53,155 nucleotides of DNA. Origin: Candidatus Thorarchaeota archaeon (GTDB taxonomy: Archaea > Asgardarchaeota > Thorarchaeia > Thorarchaeales > Thorarchaeaceae). Where the stretch lies: assembly GCA_029858305.1 (NCBI GenBank), contig JAOUFI010000010.1, positions 1-53,155 on the forward strand, read 5' to 3'. Positions 18,021-27,364 of this stretch are shown here, piece by piece. Under the pieces are notes generated by a model, which had not been told where the DNA came from, did not search any database, and worked only from the letters and a program-made list of their open reading frames with translations. The translations under genes were made by a program, and so were the position numbers. Each line of letters starts with the position of its first letter. The first letter of the stretch is position 1.

Positions 18021-18523
18021 GTGACATGAGTGAAGACCTTCAAACAAACCGACTCAAAGAACTCAAAGAAACAGCCCTTCCGTGTTTCCAATGTGGAGTA
18101 TGTTCTTCATCCTGTCCGGTCTTCAGGGTATCGCCTGAGTTGAATCCAAGAGTATCAGTCGATTCCATCATAAGCAGAGGAAAAGTACCATCAGAAGGGA
18201 ATGAGTGGCTATGTGCTTATTGTCTCATGTGTGATCAGAGATGTCCGATGGGAGTTTCGCTTGCTGAAATCCTGATGGTAATCAAAAACATATCAGCAAA
18301 GGAAGGACAAGCCCCTCCAGATGTCATTGAGTCAGCAGAATCCTTGATGGCAGATGGTTGTCAGTCGCCTATATCTAGCAGGTCCGAAAAACAAAGAGAG
18401 GACATGGGACTACCAAAATTGCCCAGAGCGGATCCAGAAGATGTGAAGATGCTATTTCGGGCTACAGGGGCAGCAGAAGTATTGGAATTAAATCGATCCA
18501 CCTCAGGGGAGGCATCTGAATGA
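18017..18523 (+). CDS. hdrC: Heterodisulfide reductase subunit C
   Basis: CFQCGVCSSSCP and WLCAYCLMCDQRCP motifs; located between hdrA and hdrB. Confidence 0.92.
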   Translation: MSDMSEDLQTNRLKELKETALPCFQCGVCSSSCPVFRVSPELNPRVSVDSIISRGKVPSEGNEWLCAYCLMCDQRCPMGVSLAEILMVIKNISAKEGQAPPDVIESAESLMADGCQSPISSRSEKQREDMGLPKLPRADPEDVKMLFRATGAAEVLELNRSTSGEASE

Positions 18524-19437
18524 AGTTTGCCTTTTTCCCCGGCTGTACGATGGCATATCGACTGCCATTTGCGGAAAAATCCATCAGAATGGTAGTACCT
18601 CATTTTGATGTTGAATTAGTAGATTTGGCATTCACCTGCTGTCCTGAGCCAAATACTGTCAGAGCATTATCGGATGACACCTGGATAACTTTAGCAGCTA
18701 GAAATATTGCACTTGCAGAAGCGGAAGGACTCAATATTTTAACCGCATGTGCAGGATGTCATGAGTCATTATCTCTTGCCAAGCATGAACTTGATGAGAA
18801 TCCTGATAGAAAGAATAAAGTTAACGAGCTTCTGAAAGACCTTGGCCTTGAGTATAAAGGTACGTCAACTATTGTTCATGTACATCAATTATTGTTCGAT
18901 GAGATTGGTATTGAATCAATCTCTTCAAAAGTTGTCAGGCCAGTGCCAATCAAAGTTGTGACTCATACTGGTTGTCACCTCTTGCGGCCCGAGAGGGTTC
19001 TTCATGTAGACAATGCTGAGGTGCCTGTAAAACTAGATATGCTATGCGAATCATTGGGTATGGTACCCTTGGAATATATGGACAAGACAATGTGTTGTGG
19101 CGCTGGGGTCAGAAAGATAAATTCAGTCACATCGTATGCGATTCTCAGAGAAAAGATGACAAGTATAGCAATGGTCGAACCTAATGCAATAGTTGTGTTT
19201 TGTCCAACCTGCTTCATAACGTTTGAGTCTGGCCAGAGAGTAGCGAATAGAATCTTTGGAACTGATTTCAAGATTCCAGTATTCTATTATACAGAACTGC
19301 TTGCTATTGCCTTGAACTTGCCTGAAACAGACATCTTACTGGCAGAGCATAGAGTAAAGATTGAACTTCCTACTAGTACTGAAACAAAGGAAGAAAACAA
19401 AACGGAAACCAAGGATTCAATTCCGTCAAGTCCATAA
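18520..19437 (+). CDS. hdrB: Heterodisulfide reductase subunit B
   Basis: FFPGC, TCCP, CAGC, HTGCH, CCGAG and CPTC: two CCG domains. Confidence 0.93.
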   Translation: MKFAFFPGCTMAYRLPFAEKSIRMVVPHFDVELVDLAFTCCPEPNTVRALSDDTWITLAARNIALAEAEGLNILTACAGCHESLSLAKHELDENPDRKNKVNELLKDLGLEYKGTSTIVHVHQLLFDEIGIESISSKVVRPVPIKVVTHTGCHLLRPERVLHVDNAEVPVKLDMLCESLGMVPLEYMDKTMCCGAGVRKINSVTSYAILREKMTSIAMVEPNAIVVFCPTCFITFESGQRVANRIFGTDFKIPVFYYTELLAIALNLPETDILLAEHRVKIELPTSTETKEENKTETKDSIPSSP

Positions 19438-19536
19438 GCAGCTCAATCCCGAAACACTTTATTACTCAGGTTATGCCGCGCGAGATTGCTGATAGCGATA
19501 TGAAACCAGAGCCATCATTGCATTGGGGTACTACAT

Positions 19537-21507
19537 ATGCCTGAAAGAAGAATTGGTGTCTTTCTCTGTCACTGCGGAAGTAACATTGCTGGTGTGATCG
19601 ACCTTGAGGTACTCAAACAAGCAGTCCAGAGTCTTCCAGATGTTGAGATTGTTACCGATTACAAGTATGTCTGCTCAAAACCAGGACAAAAGATTCTCAA
19701 GGATAGTATAAAGAAACACAAGCTGAATGGTATTGTGATTGCATCTTGCTCTCCTCGGATGCATGAACCCACTTTTAGACAGGTCCTCCGTGAGATAGGT
19801 CTTAATCCGTTCCTTCTAGAGATTGCCAATATTAGAGAACATGTGAGTTGGATTCATGCGAATGATCCAAAAGCAGCTACTGAGAAAGCAATTGATCTAG
19901 TCAGAATGGCTATTGCTCGCGCGAGACTTTTAGAACCTCTTGAAGAACCAGAGGTATCCATCAAGAAATCAACGCTCATAGTTGGAGGCGGTATAGCAGG
20001 AATCTCTGCCGCTTTGGACCTTGCAAACGCGGGATTCAAAGTGTACCTCGTTGAGAAAGAACCCAGTATTGGAGGAAAAATGAGCCGCTGGGACAAGACC
20101 TTTCCAACCCTGGATTGCTCAAGCTGCATTCTTACACCTAGAATGGCAGAAGTTGGAAATCATGAAAATATTACACTTCTGACCATGGCACAGGTCGAGG
20201 AAGTTGAGGGATATGTTGGAAATTTTAAAGTGAAAATCAAACAAATCCCCAGGTATGTTGACATTGAGAAATGTACATCCTGTGGGGACTGCTCTGATAT
20301 CTGTCCAGTTGACATACCAGCTGAGTTTGACGCGAATCTATCGTATCGAAAAGCAATCTACATTCCATTCGCTCAGGCAGTGCCCTCTGCCTACGTGTTG
20401 GATATGGAGAACTGCCTTGGTGTTGAAGCAGTCAAGTGTGGAAAATGTGAAGATAAGTGCGAGGCGAAGGCAATCAGCTATGATGATAAAGAAAAAATCA
20501 TCGAAATTGAAGTAGGTACGATTATAGTATCAACGGGATTTGAGTTGTTTGATGCCTCTAAGAAGGAGGAATACGGCTATGGTCATTTCCCCAATGTTGT
20601 CAATCTTGGTGAGATTGAACGGATGCTTAGCTCGGCAGGACCTACACGGGGTCATGTTTTGAAACCATCAAACCTTACGGAGCCTAAGAAGATAGTATAT
20701 GTACAGTGCGTCGGAAGCCGTGATGAACTCACCAACAGATACTGCTCACGAGTCTGTTGCATGACAGCAATCAAACAGGCTCGCATGATTCGGGACAAAA
20801 CTGGAGCTAGTATCTATATGTTCTATATTGATCTCAGAACCTTTGGGAAGGGCTATGAGGAGTTCTATGAAAGTACCGCCGCAGCTGGCGTCACATTCAT
20901 CCGGGGGCGTGTGGGTGAAATCCTCCAGAACGAAAAAACGATGAATTTGATAGTACGCGGTGAGGACACCTTGCTTGGAAAACCCATTCAATTGGATGAT
21001 GTGGACCTTGTCGTACTATCGACAGGCGTGGTGGCTGCTGATGCAACCAATAAGATTGCTCATGTCCTGAATCTGAGTATTTCCCCCGATGGTTTTCTGC
21101 TCGAAGCTCATCCCAAGCTCCGTCCTGTTGACTCATTCAACGATGGCATCTTTGTTGCAGGTATGGCTCAAGGACCAAAGGATATCCCCGATACTGTGGC
21201 ACAGGCAAAGGCAGCAGCTTCTGGAGCGATGGCTCTCATGGGGAAGGGTAAAATCAATGTTGAGCCATACTACTCTGTAGTGGATGAAGAGAGATGTGCA
21301 GGATGTCAGGTATGTATCTCAGTTTGCCCGTACAATGCGGTGACATTGAACGAGAGAGGGTACGCAGAGGTGAATCCTGCAGTCTGCAAGGGCTGCGGTA
21401 CATGCACTGCAACATGCGCAAGTGGAGCGATAACTTCTCAGCATTATACAGATGGACAAATTGCAGCAATGATTCAAGAATATCTCTCAACCCGATATTG
21501 GGCTTAA
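19537..21507 (+). CDS. hdrA: Heterodisulfide reductase subunit A (second paralog)
   Basis: RIGVFLCHCGSNI, ASCSPRMHE, GGGIAG, KTFPTLDCSSCIL, CSRVCC, HPKLRPV, C-terminal ferredoxin. Confidence 0.95.
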   Translation: MPERRIGVFLCHCGSNIAGVIDLEVLKQAVQSLPDVEIVTDYKYVCSKPGQKILKDSIKKHKLNGIVIASCSPRMHEPTFRQVLREIGLNPFLLEIANIREHVSWIHANDPKAATEKAIDLVRMAIARARLLEPLEEPEVSIKKSTLIVGGGIAGISAALDLANAGFKVYLVEKEPSIGGKMSRWDKTFPTLDCSSCILTPRMAEVGNHENITLLTMAQVEEVEGYVGNFKVKIKQIPRYVDIEKCTSCGDCSDICPVDIPAEFDANLSYRKAIYIPFAQAVPSAYVLDMENCLGVEAVKCGKCEDKCEAKAISYDDKEKIIEIEVGTIIVSTGFELFDASKKEEYGYGHFPNVVNLGEIERMLSSAGPTRGHVLKPSNLTEPKKIVYVQCVGSRDELTNRYCSRVCCMTAIKQARMIRDKTGASIYMFYIDLRTFGKGYEEFYESTAAAGVTFIRGRVGEILQNEKTMNLIVRGEDTLLGKPIQLDDVDLVVLSTGVVAADATNKIAHVLNLSISPDGFLLEAHPKLRPVDSFNDGIFVAGMAQGPKDIPDTVAQAKAAASGAMALMGKGKINVEPYYSVVDEERCAGCQVCISVCPYNAVTLNERGYAEVNPAVCKGCGTCTATCASGAITSQHYTDGQIAAMIQEYLSTRYWA

Positions 21508-21547
21508 TAGGTGATGTATAACTCAGTAGTATCTCGATTGGTAGACA

Positions 21548-22162
21548 GTGATTATGATGACAGATGTAACTGTAGCTATTCTGGCTGGAGGCAATTCGAA
21601 AAGATTCGGTTCAGAGAAAGCCCTGGCGAATTTCCATGATCGGCCCCTCATATCCCATATGTTGGATATTGCTCGAAAGGTATCAGGAAACATACTTATT
21701 GTGCTGTCTGATAATGCACAGTTGGAGAAGATTAAACCATATGTTAAGATAGGGCGAACAGTAGTGGATCCGGAAGGCAGCACCAAGTCTGCCCTGAGTG
21801 GAGCCATTACAGCGTTCGAATATGCAGGAACAGAACATACCCTCTTACTACCAATCGATGCGCCACTAGCAAAACCGCACCTATTGAAGGTGCTTGTCGA
21901 AATGAGCCCTACGCATGGAGCAGTGGTACCATCATGGCCATCAGGATACATCGAACCACTTCATTCAGTCTACCTGACAGAACACGCCTATTATCATGGA
22001 ATGAAAGTTACAGAGAGTGGGTCCTATAAGATGAGTAGCATGCTTGAGCATCTCCAAAATGTTCTATATGTATCCACAGAGACTCTGAAGCAATTCGATG
22101 CAAAACTTGAAACATTTAAGAACTTTAATACATTGAGAGACCTGAAGGCAGCAGAGAGATAG
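21548..22162 (+). CDS. mobA: Molybdenum cofactor guanylyltransferase
   Basis: AILAGG.SKRFGSEKA, D.P, IEPLHSVY and FKNFNT..DL motifs. Confidence 0.9.
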   Translation: MIMMTDVTVAILAGGNSKRFGSEKALANFHDRPLISHMLDIARKVSGNILIVLSDNAQLEKIKPYVKIGRTVVDPEGSTKSALSGAITAFEYAGTEHTLLLPIDAPLAKPHLLKVLVEMSPTHGAVVPSWPSGYIEPLHSVYLTEHAYYHGMKVTESGSYKMSSMLEHLQNVLYVSTETLKQFDAKLETFKNFNTLRDLKAAER

Positions 22163-22207
22163 TATGAATTCAGGTAGAATTTTTTTTGTCGGATTAGTCA
22201 ATGGAAT

Positions 22208-23287
22208 CTACAGAGTCGTATACTCATGACGAATTCTACAGGTACCTTCATGACCGACCATACATGGGCCATAGGGATCTTCGGGAGTGCAACGTCGACC
22301 GAATAGGCTGCAATCAACAGGATCCACTATACCAAGAATCACTTCATGACATCTACAACCTGGAAGGATATCAACAGAATCGAAATCAGGCAAATCGAAC
22401 TTGAGCCGAGCATCATACTCAGAGTACTCTTCTCTGATAAAATAGCCGGACTTCTCTATGATTCCAAGACCCCTCCATGGAGCATCACCGATTCGAAATA
22501 CCTGTGCCAACACCCTTTGCGCGGCAATATTGCCCTCAGGAAGAACTACACGAGTGTATTCATTTTCGGAAACAGATTTTCCCTCAATAAGCTGTACTAA
22601 TAACATTCGGATTGCTTCAAGTACATCAAGTGGTTCAAAGCCAGCGGCTACACAGGGAATATGATATTTTTCTGCAAAAGGCTGGAAAGCATTTGTACCA
22701 ATTATTGCCGATACATGTCCAGGGGTTATAAAACCATCAACCGAGAATCCTTCTATATTGGCAAGGAGGTCCATAGCAGGAGGAATTACCTTCAGCGACG
22801 TTAGAATTGAAAAGTTACGTGGAGGAGCACGAAGGAGTTCTAGAGCGATTGTTGGGGCAGTAGTTTCAAAACCAACTCCGACGAATACAACTTCTTTGTT
22901 GGGATTTTTCCGAGCAATCTCCACAGCATCATTTGTTCCATACACGATTCGAACATCGGCGCCTTTCGTATGTTCCTTGGCTAGAGAAGACTCTGTAGAC
23001 GGAACCCGGAACATATCACCAAAGGTTGTTACGATGTGACCTTGCTGTGCAATAGCAATTGCCATATCCACATCTTCAGCCGCACACACACAGACTGGAC
23101 ATCCTGGACCAGCAACTAATCTCAATCCTGTCGGTAGAAGAGACCTTATTCCATGTTGACTTATCGTATCTTCATGGGTACCGCACACATGAACAATTCG
23201 AAGCTGCCGATTCCCGATAAGACTTTCAATCTCTCGTTTAACAGCTTGAGCATATCGAGCATCTCGAAATCCCGGCTGTTCGCTCAT
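22208..23287 (-). CDS. hypD: Hydrogenase maturation protein HypD
   Basis: HVCGTHE, GPGCPVCV, GFETTAP, PGHVS and PYGPCMV..EGTC motifs. Confidence 0.97.
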   Translation of the reverse strand: MSEQPGFRDARYAQAVKREIESLIGNRQLRIVHVCGTHEDTISQHGIRSLLPTGLRLVAGPGCPVCVCAAEDVDMAIAIAQQGHIVTTFGDMFRVPSTESSLAKEHTKGADVRIVYGTNDAVEIARKNPNKEVVFVGVGFETTAPTIALELLRAPPRNFSILTSLKVIPPAMDLLANIEGFSVDGFITPGHVSAIIGTNAFQPFAEKYHIPCVAAGFEPLDVLEAIRMLLVQLIEGKSVSENEYTRVVLPEGNIAAQRVLAQVFRIGDAPWRGLGIIEKSGYFIREEYSEYDARLKFDLPDFDSVDILPGCRCHEVILGIVDPVDCSLFGRRCTPEDPYGPCMVGHEGTCRIRHEYTTL

Positions 23288-23352
23288 TTCATCATAACCG
23301 CATGTCCTTTGTGACCGCAGCATAAAAATGAAGATATTTGGCCAAAACTCTT

Positions 23353-23670
23353 TCAGGACTTGGGTTCGTAGCCCTCCAGAATTGCTAGAGCTTCACCCAC
23401 TGTAATGGACAGCTTGTATGCAAGTTCTTTTGGAGTGATCGTTGGATTCTCAGGTATGATGTGATTGTGAGCATAACCAGCATTTCCAGCAAACAGGGGA
23501 TTATTACGTGCCGTTTCAATCAATATCTTCCATAACGGATGACCTTTGAAATCAGCCACATCAATGTCAATAAACCTCCCTGATTCCAGCTCGATAGAGC
23601 GGATATTAGGCACGTTCTTCGGCTTGTCTTTGCGTTTGTCATCGTCAGTAAGTTTTGACTGTTTCAACAT
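23353..23670 (-). CDS. Hypothetical protein with C-terminal HTH-like segment
   Basis: Ends ITPKELAYKLSITVGEALAIL; co-oriented upstream of hypD. Confidence 0.6.
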   Translation of the reverse strand: MLKQSKLTDDDKRKDKPKNVPNIRSIELESGRFIDIDVADFKGHPLWKILIETARNNPLFAGNAGYAHNHIIPENPTITPKELAYKLSITVGEALAILEGYEPKS

Positions 23671-23908
23671 AGCAACCAACCTGAAATTTCCCGGCGTAGT
23701 CCAAAACGATGGACACATCATAGGATTCTCAAGTTAATCGATATAAGCCTTGGGGAACTTCCACTATTTATTGGTAAAGTCGCGCCAGTGCGTTAGCGAG
23801 GCATTTTACCACTTCTAATGATGCGAATGTACACTGTAGCAAGATTTAACAAGCCAATGAAAAAATGCATTTCTCGAATCAAATTATGACCTAATGGTCA
23901 AATGGAGT

Positions 23909-24214
23909 ATGTTGTTATTGCCTCATGGCATCCGTAGAATCGTATTAGATGTTTTGAAACCCCACAGTCCGCGATTGACTGAATTGTCTTTGATGCTCGC
24001 ACGTGATGCACGTGTAAGTGGTGTCAATATCTCATTGAAGGAAGTGGACCAGAACACTGAGAGTATTTCTATTACTCTAGAGGGCGATGATCTCAGTTAT
24101 GATAGCATCAAGGAGATTCTCGAGCAAGCTGGAGCAGTAATTCACTCAATCGACCAAGTTGTTGCAGGGAAGACGTTTGTTGAAGAAGTGACTCTTCAAC
24201 CTGAGAATTCATAG
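23909..24214 (+). CDS. DUF211 family protein
   Basis: IRRIVLDVLKPH.P...G.VIHSIDQV.AG signature; exact start between 23894 and 23918 is uncertain. Confidence 0.9.
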   Translation: MLLLPHGIRRIVLDVLKPHSPRLTELSLMLARDARVSGVNISLKEVDQNTESISITLEGDDLSYDSIKEILEQAGAVIHSIDQVVAGKTFVEEVTLQPENS

Positions 24215-24221
24215 ATTTGAA

Positions 24222-24836
24222 TCATCTTCGCTGAATCTGATCAGATACTCTCTTGCTCTCAATCTCAATTTTCTTCCGAACGAGGGCGTAAAGCTCCTGT
24301 TCGAAGACTTGGGGAATTATCTTAACAACGCTGCATAGCTGGTCGACTATCTTCTCTGCGAGGTACTCTGGTGAAAGCACATTGCGACTCACGATGCTAA
24401 TCACAAGCTCTTCACCAACATTGGCACGAACCACAGAATCGATTACACTAGCAATCGTCCCTTGAGGATCCATAAAGAAAGGTAGTTGTGCGCTATCGTG
24501 AATCGTAGAAAATCCAAGCTTGTCACAAATGCTTTCGGTGTACCATTCCAGGCTTGATTCTTTCATATTGAGTTTGTTTGCAAACTCAGTCTTAGTAAGG
24601 GGGTTTGGGTGGCTCCACGGGTGTCTAGTTACAATGTAAAGAGCCGCGGCAAAGAAGGGATCCTCCTCTCTGGATCTGCCTTCATGTGATACATATCTCC
24701 GAACAAGATCGAGAGCCATCTTCTCGTACCTTGCTTCTATACGATTCTCTTTGAAGAACTCATGAGCGTGAAGCACAGCTTCTACTATGACCTGTGGATT
24801 AATTTGAAGGTCTCCTGCGTCTTGATGAGATGCCAT
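24222..24836 (-). CDS. Hypothetical protein with a cyclin/TFIIB-repeat-like domain
   Basis: AAALYIVTR...PLTKTEFANKLNMKESSL..YTESICDKLG aligns by eye with the TFB repeat in this window. Confidence 0.55.
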   Translation of the reverse strand: MASHQDAGDLQINPQVIVEAVLHAHEFFKENRIEARYEKMALDLVRRYVSHEGRSREEDPFFAAALYIVTRHPWSHPNPLTKTEFANKLNMKESSLEWYTESICDKLGFSTIHDSAQLPFFMDPQGTIASVIDSVVRANVGEELVISIVSRNVLSPEYLAEKIVDQLCSVVKIIPQVFEQELYALVRKKIEIESKRVSDQIQRR

Positions 24837-24953
24837 GTGCTTTACTCCCGGTTATACTCTGCAAGCTACGCTGATATTTCGTGGAAGCCAATGCAAGTTA
24901 TATTCTTTTGCAAAGGAAGTTAAGGTAAGTTCTCAAGGGCGCCTTCAATCATA

Positions 24954-25532
24954 TTATCTGGCACTGTAGGTCTTCTCAAGCGCCCAACGAAGTGTTGACT
25001 GTATCTCCTTCATACGGTTTTCATCGCCATAGTTCCGAATAATCATCTCACCGAGGATATTATCCTCAGCATGCACTTCGAAGTCAAAGGCATCCTCCCA
25101 CTCAATCTCCCCATTTTCAACTCTATGACGATCTTCCTGTTGGAATTTCCCAAGTATTCGCTCCACAAAGAAGCGGGCAAAAGCTCCTCGAGTGATATCG
25201 TAGACTGCTCCTTCAGCAGGTAGAAATCGTATTGTCTGATCGATAATTTCAAGGATTCCAAGTTCAAGTTTGCTAGCCTTATCCATAATAACGATGCTTT
25301 GAGGTTCTGTAATCTTAGCTAGAGGAGGAACAGGAGTAGGAACTTGAGCGCGTGATGTCTTGCTTAAGGCGGCATCTGCTGTGGTGAAACTAGTCTTAGC
25401 AATTTGACCATCAAGAATTTCGATTTGCTCCTCTATGCGTGCAATCATATCTTTTAGTCTATCTACCTCTTCATTAAGCTTTGTCCGAATATTCAGAAGA
25501 AACTGAATGTCTGAATTCTCCAAGTTATCCAC
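24954..25532 (-). CDS. Hypothetical protein (N-terminal coiled coil)
   Basis: 192-aa ORF; heptad N-terminus, Pro-rich linker, globular C-domain ending WALEKTY. Confidence 0.7.
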   Translation of the reverse strand: MDNLENSDIQFLLNIRTKLNEEVDRLKDMIARIEEQIEILDGQIAKTSFTTADAALSKTSRAQVPTPVPPLAKITEPQSIVIMDKASKLELGILEIIDQTIRFLPAEGAVYDITRGAFARFFVERILGKFQQEDRHRVENGEIEWEDAFDFEVHAEDNILGEMIIRNYGDENRMKEIQSTLRWALEKTYSAR

Positions 25533-25623
25533 CTGCTGGACTATCGACTATTCAAGTCAATGTCTAATTATATATCACTGCATGTATTATTAGTGCTCGT
25601 AGAAACCGAGTATGAAAGGTGAT

Positions 25624-25848
25624 TTATTCCTCGACTTCCTCGACGGATATGGCAAAGTCGGGACATTCCATCTCGCAAAGGCGACAGACCTTGCACGACT
25701 CAAGGTCTACGACTAATGGAAGGAAATAGCCACGATCATCAACATCATCTGATTTTTTCAAAACATCATGCGGACAGACGAATATACAGATATGGCATCC
25801 CTTGCATAATTTGGCATCAATAGAGATTTGTTTTGCCTTCCTTGTCAT
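25624..25848 (-). CDS. 2x[4Fe-4S] ferredoxin (2-oxoacid oxidoreductase delta-subunit-like)
   Basis: CKGCHICIFVCP and CKVCRLCEMECPDFAI motifs. Confidence 0.9.
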   Translation of the reverse strand: MTRKAKQISIDAKLCKGCHICIFVCPHDVLKKSDDVDDRGYFLPLVVDLESCKVCRLCEMECPDFAISVEEVEE

Positions 25849-25968
25849 CGTTTGAATACCAAGGCCATTTGCCAATTGTGCTGGATATAACAATATTCAT
25901 TCGACCAGAGAGAAAGACCATTAAATACTCAGTTCTGTAAACATCTTAGTGATGTAGGTGTTCCGCCT

Positions 25969-26682
25969 TTGAAACAATTCGTAGTTTTCATGTGTCCGAA
26001 GTGTAGAAATTTCACCAACTCACCTTTGGGTCAAAAGCGAAGGCGATGCAGTTATTGCGGCACGATAATAGATATCAAAAAGGCAAACCAAGCCCTCTTT
26101 GATAGTCCTGAACAAGCATTAGTTGCAGTGAAAGAGTTCAATGCTGCAAGGGGAGGAGATGAATTTCAAAAAGCAGTCGAACAATCACGAGCGCGCTTTC
26201 AACGGCTATTGCCGGATGAACCAGTTAATCTTGAAAAAATTATGACTGATGATGAAAATGTTGTACTCCCAGGAAAACGAGCTCGTTTGATGACAATACT
26301 AGAAGAAGAATCTAAAGAAAGACCCTGTACACTTGATAGACTCGAAGAATTGTGTGCTGCTCAAGGTCTCAGTTGGGAATGGGTTGAGAAAACTGTTCAG
26401 ACCCTTTCAAACGTTGGCGCATTGATATTCCCTCGTCCATGGGAAATACAACTGGTGGGGACTGCTGAGGACACTTCACCAAAGAGTGACACTAGGCAGG
26501 ATGTGTCTCTGGAAATCATATCATTTCTTAGGACTCGTAAGGACAGAGTAAGAATTGATGAGATTGTACGCCATTTTGAGGAGAGGGGTATCTCTGAAGA
26601 CTCTGTTGACAGTTCGCTTGAACGCCTGATGAGAAGTGGAGCCATTTTCCAACCTGTTGTTGGGTATGTCAGCCTTGTATGA
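25969..26682 (+). CDS. Zinc-ribbon (DUF1922-like) protein with two C-terminal winged-helix repeats
   Basis: CPKC...CSYCG; repeats '...VEKTVQTLSNVGALIFPRPWEIQLV' and '...VDSSLERLMRSGAIFQPVVGYVSLV'. Confidence 0.65.
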   Translation: MKQFVVFMCPKCRNFTNSPLGQKRRRCSYCGTIIDIKKANQALFDSPEQALVAVKEFNAARGGDEFQKAVEQSRARFQRLLPDEPVNLEKIMTDDENVVLPGKRARLMTILEEESKERPCTLDRLEELCAAQGLSWEWVEKTVQTLSNVGALIFPRPWEIQLVGTAEDTSPKSDTRQDVSLEIISFLRTRKDRVRIDEIVRHFEERGISEDSVDSSLERLMRSGAIFQPVVGYVSLV

Positions 26683-26731
26683 GCTTTTCGAATCATTCAA
26701 GAGGAATAGAAACGAAGGGAATGTGATTCAA

Positions 26732-27121
26732 ATGCCGATTGTCGAACTCGTGGCAAAAAAGACACTGGAGAGATATCCAGATCTTGGTCTCGATGTCATC
26801 GACCTAATCGTTTTACTTTGGATGTATTCCAATCCGTATGACAGCAATCGCCGCCAAATTAGTTCTATGAGAAATGTCCTCAAAATGAGCGAAATTATGC
26901 AAGTGCCTGGTGGAGGGCTTGATGTGACAGAGGAGGAACTCACTCAGATTGTGTTAAAGAGCCTCCAGATTCTCAAGAAAATGGATCTCGTTTACATTCA
27001 ATCTGCAGGGGTTCATTACATTAAAGGAACACTGACAGAGTCTGGAGTGAAATTAGTTAAGAGAACTGTAAGTACGCCACTGCTTAAACGTGTGACTGCA
27101 GAGTTTGGGGATAATCCATAA
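26732..27121 (+). CDS. Hypothetical winged-helix-like protein
   Basis: SLQILKKMDLV....GTLTESG is a wHTH-type C-terminus; start MPIVEL. Confidence 0.6.
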   Translation: MPIVELVAKKTLERYPDLGLDVIDLIVLLWMYSNPYDSNRRQISSMRNVLKMSEIMQVPGGGLDVTEEELTQIVLKSLQILKKMDLVYIQSAGVHYIKGTLTESGVKLVKRTVSTPLLKRVTAEFGDNP

Positions 27122-27147
27122 TCGCAATTCTCGAACATGTGACAATG

Positions 27148-27155
27148 TTTAAATG
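27148..27155 (+). promoter_or_regulatory. Candidate TATA box for the ribosomal operon
   Basis: TTTAAATG about 210 nt upstream of the uL22 start, in the only large gap before the operon. Confidence 0.45.
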
Positions 27156-27179
27156 TGAAAGTCTTCCGGAACCGCTTAG

Positions 27180-27335
27180 TTGCTCATAGGATGTGACTGT
27201 TTCAGAACCGATGGAAGCAGTGCAGGCCACTTAGTTCTGCTCGCGAGAACTGTCTGCAAACGTGTGCCAGTAGGGTCTGGAGTGGTTGCTGAGCGCAATA
27301 ATGACTTGAAAGCTTGCAAAAAGAAAGTGAGCTTT
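27180..27335 (+). ncRNA. Candidate structured leader RNA upstream of uL22
   Basis: Hand-folded stems: 27182-86/27290-94, 27197-203/27214-20, 27221-27/27252-58, 27233-38/27246-51, 27267-70/27277-80, 27309-17/27327-35. Confidence 0.4.
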
Positions 27336-27364
27336 GTATAGTCCCACAGCGGAAGTGACGCACG

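Noticed and set aside
15474-26682. Selenocysteine read-through at TGA stops of redox or Cys-rich genes
   Set aside because: The TGA stops inspected fall at natural protein ends or overlap the next start; no convincing SECIS hairpin was seen by eye.
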